NCBI RefSeq assembly: GCF_009914755.1 | Contig: NC_060947.1 | Length of the DNA stretch: 64,000 bases | Strand: one strand, 5' to 3' | Source of the DNA: the human T2T-CHM13v2.0 reference genome, Homo sapiens | Shown here: positions 60,445 through 64,000 of the stretch, one piece after another | How the letters are laid out: the number at the start of each line of letters is the position of its first letter | Position numbering within the stretch: the first letter of the stretch is position 1 | Position numbers and translations under genes: made by a program | The notes under the pieces: model-generated | What the model was told of the DNA's origin: nothing | The model's database searches: none | What the model saw: the letters and a program-made list of their open reading frames with translations, nothing else

Positions 60445-60751
60445 GTTGGGCATGGTGGCTCACACCTGTAATCCCACCACTTTGGGAGCCTGAGGCAGGA
60501 GGATCACTTGAGGTCAGGAGTTTGAGACGAGCCTGGGCAACATATTGAGACCAAGTCTCTACAAATAGATTTGAAAAAATATATATATCTGGGCATGGTA
60601 GCACAATCCTGTGGTCCTGGCTACTCAGGAGGCTGAGGCAGGATGATGGCTTGAGCACAGGATTTCAAGGCTGCGGTGAGCTGTGACAGCACCACTGCAC
60701 TTCAGCCTGGGCAACACAGGAAGGCCCTATCTCTTAAGAAAAAAAAAAAAA
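60445..60751 (+). mobile_element. AluJ
   Basis: Full dimer with degenerate TSD aagatgtagttttc / aagatacagttctc. Confidence 0.9.
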
Positions 60752-63219
60752 GATACAGTTCTCCCCATATGGCAACCCAATTCACATAAAACCATTTATT
60801 TAAAAGATCATTATTTCTCTGTTGCACTGCAGTGTTACCTTCAGCATAAATCAGTTGACTATAAATGTGTCGATCTGTTTCTGAATTTTATATTATGCTC
60901 AATTGGTCCGTTTGTTTATCCTTGAACCAGTATCAAACAGTCATATTTATCATAGCTTTGTAAAAGAAAATGAAATCTGGTAGTATATGTCTTCCAGCTT
61001 TGTTCATCTTAAAGATTGCCTTGGTTATTTCTTGCCCTTTTGAATTCTAAATGACTTTTAGAGTAAGCTTGAAAATTTTGGTCAAAAATACTTTTTGCTT
61101 AAGATTCTGTTAAATGTATTTGTTAATTTGGGGAGAGCTGACATCTTTATAATGCTGAGTCTTCCAATCCATGAATCTCCTCATTCATTTACACCTTCTT
61201 TAATTTCTCTCAATTGTGTTTTGTTAGTCTTGCAATTCTTTCATTAGATTTGCTCCTAGGTATTTGATAGCTAATGTAAATGTCATCTTTTTTTATAAAT
61301 TTAAATTGCCATATGTTGCTGCTATGTAGAAATAAAAGTGACTTATGTATACTCACCTTGCATCCAGTGACCTTGCAAATTTTACTTAATTGGAATAATT
61401 TATAGATTCTTTTGAATGTTATACATACACAAATATGTTGCCTGGGAATAATAACAGTTTTATATATTTTTCTAATTCTTATGCCTTTTATTTTTCTTAT
61501 CATATTGCACTGGCTATAACTACAGCATAATGTTGAGTGGAAATGCTGATAGTAGGCATTTGTCATTTATTCTTGATTTCAAGGGGAAGGCTTTTGATAC
61601 TTCATGACTAAGTGTGATGTTTGCTGTAGATTTCTGTAGATAGTCTTTATGAGATCAAGAAAGTTCCCTTTTATATCTACTCTGCTAATAGTTTTTATCT
61701 TGTATGGGTGTTTAATTTTTTCAAATGTTTTTCTGCATCTCCTTAGATGATCACATAATTTCCACCTTTTAATGTTAATGATTTTGAATGCTAAACCACA
61801 CTTTCATTCCTAGAACAAACCCCACTTGCTTGTGATGCATTTTCCTTTATATAAAGCTAGATTCGATTTGATAATACTTTTAGTGTCTCAGCATCTATGT
61901 TCATGAGAGGGCACTTTGTAGATGTGTTTTCTTGTAATGTCCTTACTGCTTTGTTTTCCATGTTGATCCAATGGCACAATAACTAAGTCAATGAAGCATA
62001 CCCTAAGAAAGGCTGTGTCATCCTTGGAATGTTAGGCCTTACTCTATAAGCATCTTTGGACTCCCACACTTCCTGCCTCAGGCTCAGGAACTTGATCAGT
62101 AGAGGGCTTTGCCTTTATGTTAGTCACTCTCTTTCCCTACCTCTTATATGGCTAATGAGAATGCTAGGCTCTTTTGAAATCTCTTGTGTTGATTTTCTCC
62201 CTCATGTAGGTAGGGAGAGGGTGAAAGGGCTACTGTTCTTAGTCCTGTCTTCTGTGTAGGGGAGCCCATCTTCTTTTTGGGGCAATATTGAGGTTGGGTT
62301 AGGTTATCCCTTGCAAACTTCCTACGTATCCTCCCCTGAAGGATTGCACCTGAGTCTTACCCTCAGGTTTCAGTCAGGTAGTCCGAAGTAAAGAGTTTTT
62401 CTGACCCTATTTCACCAAAGGGAAGCCTGGCCTGAGGGCAGACTAGACAGGCTTGGCTCCTTTCTGATGTATGTGACCTATCTTGGTCTAAGTGAAAAAG
62501 CTGAGGCTTCCTGCTTACTCTTTCTCCACCTAGCTCTCTCTTAAAGCTAATGGAGTTATCTCTCAAGATTAATGAAACTCCTTACTTGAAGAGGTTTGCT
62601 AATCTTGATTTTTCCCCACATAGTGATGTCAGAACACCTTTTCACTTCAAAGTCGAAGATCACTTCTGAACAAACAAGCTTATTTAATTGATTGAGAAAT
62701 CTAGGAGGGTTAGAGTATAGTTTAAGAGGCTACATAGGTAGGGCAAGAGGAGGCTGACTTGATTCAAGAAGGGTTGAAGAAGTTTCAGTGGCTTGTTATT
62801 AAGCCCAAGCTGCTAAACTACACTTGCCATTTTGGCTGGTGATTTCAGGGTCTGATTTACACGGTGGAGGTCTGGCAGGTTTCTTATGCTCATGAGTAAC
62901 CCCGGAATGTTTAAAAAGATAGGAATTATGGAAGGTTTCCCTGCCTGTAGGTCAGCTGATCTGTTAGATCTTGCTATTGGGGAAGGAAACTCACATCTTC
63001 TGAACACCTATAGCACCCTGCACTGTGACTCTTATTTTATGTCTATCTTATCTACATCTCACAAAAACTGTACATGTACGTATTATTGTCCTAGTTTTAC
63101 AAAAGAGAAAAACTGAAGCCCTGATGGCATGATGCAAATTGCCCAAGGTCATCTAATTAAGAAATGGGATATTAATTTGATTCCACTTGTATTGAATTTC
63201 AAAACTGTGCTCTATTGGA

Positions 63220-63720
63220 ACAGGCTGTGTTTGGTTATAGGCAACAGAAAATCAACTCAGTTTAACTTAGACACAAACCAGCTAAACAAAAAGGCATTTA
63301 TTGGCTTTATTTTAGGAAGAAATTGCTGGAATAATCTAGGAAGAAGTACTAGGGTAACTCATGGAATTGAAGAGCTGTAGGAACCAAGATTTTGGTGAGT
63401 AGAACTAGGGACTCAAAGCTGCTAGGATCCTCCTTTTCCCTGCATATCTCTTATCTTTGCTTTTCTATGCAAATTTCTTTCATGCTCTCTTACTTCAGAC
63501 AGGGTTTTGTCCACTTGGCAGGAAACATGGCTGACAAGAGCCTCATTTCAGCAACTTCAGTGGGTAAAAAACTTCCTTTTTCCTAGAATCTACATATCTC
63601 AGTAAAGGACTGAGAATTGGGCTTTATCAATCACTGCTGCCAGAGAAGGTGGGATATCTTCCTTGGCAAAACCTAAATCACAAGCCCACCTAGATTTGCG
63701 AGAATCTGTTACAAGAAAAA
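63220..63720. mobile_element. Old ERVL/MaLR-type LTR relic (LTR33-like)
   Basis: ttggttataggcaacagaaaatcaactcag...aaaaaggcatttattgg. Confidence 0.45.
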
Positions 63721-63789
63721 GGAGAAGAAAGGAAGGACAGATTACAAAAAAGGAATTCCCACAGACTATTAATTGCATTTGCTTTTCCT

Positions 63790-64000
63790 ACTCACTAGGG
63801 ACTACTGCAGAGTTTGACAAGCTTTTTTTCCCAAGGGTCAGATTGTAAATGTTTTTAGGCTTTGTAGGCCACATACTGTCTCTTTTACTTCTTCTTCATC
63901 CTCCTTTTCTTCTCCTTGCAATCCTTTACATAGGTGAACACCATTTTTAGCTCATAGGCCATATCAAAACAGGCCTCAGGCTGAATATGGTTTGGCTGGC
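63790..64000. mobile_element. MER58-type hAT-Charlie MITE, running off the window end
   Basis: aagggtcagattgtaaatgtttttaggctttgtaggccac...aaaacaggc. Confidence 0.7.

Larger units (their letters stand above)
58990..61950 (-). mobile_element. Old L1M (MD/ME-type) 3'UTR and ORF2 relic hosting younger inserts
   Basis: 3' end acattttcacaaactgaacatgctcaagtaatcagcacccagatcaa followed by degenerate antisense ORF2. Confidence 0.78.

Overview
Primate genomic DNA (human or a close great ape): Alu/L1PA repeats, AT-rich, CpG-poor. It carries the 5' half of EDA2R (XEDAR/TNFRSF27, X-linked TNF-receptor family) on the minus strand. The first coding exon (5669-5765) encodes MDCQENEYWDQWGRCVTCQRCGPGQELSK, followed on the + coordinates by a ~23 kb first intron and a GC-rich promoter with non-coding first exon(s) at ~28.7-29.1 kb. 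Two p53-type response elements lie just inside intron 1. The remaining ~35 kb upstream has no recognisable gene and is dominated by transposon relics: a near full-length L1PA, a ~12 kb nested L1M/L1MA stack with THE1 and Alu inserts, Tigger1, MER2, MLT1, L2 and MIR. Nearly all ORF-track entries are repeat-derived or spurious. I do not see a convincing wholly new biological system. The best leads are regulatory: a 12-bp palindrome that is a splice donor on both strands, a GC-box/G4 tandem array between alternative first-exon donors, an upstream AUG in frame with the CDS and blocked by a single TGA, and the clustered p53 sites. Repeat subfamily names are from recalled consensus sequences and boundaries are approximate unless a TSD is quoted.
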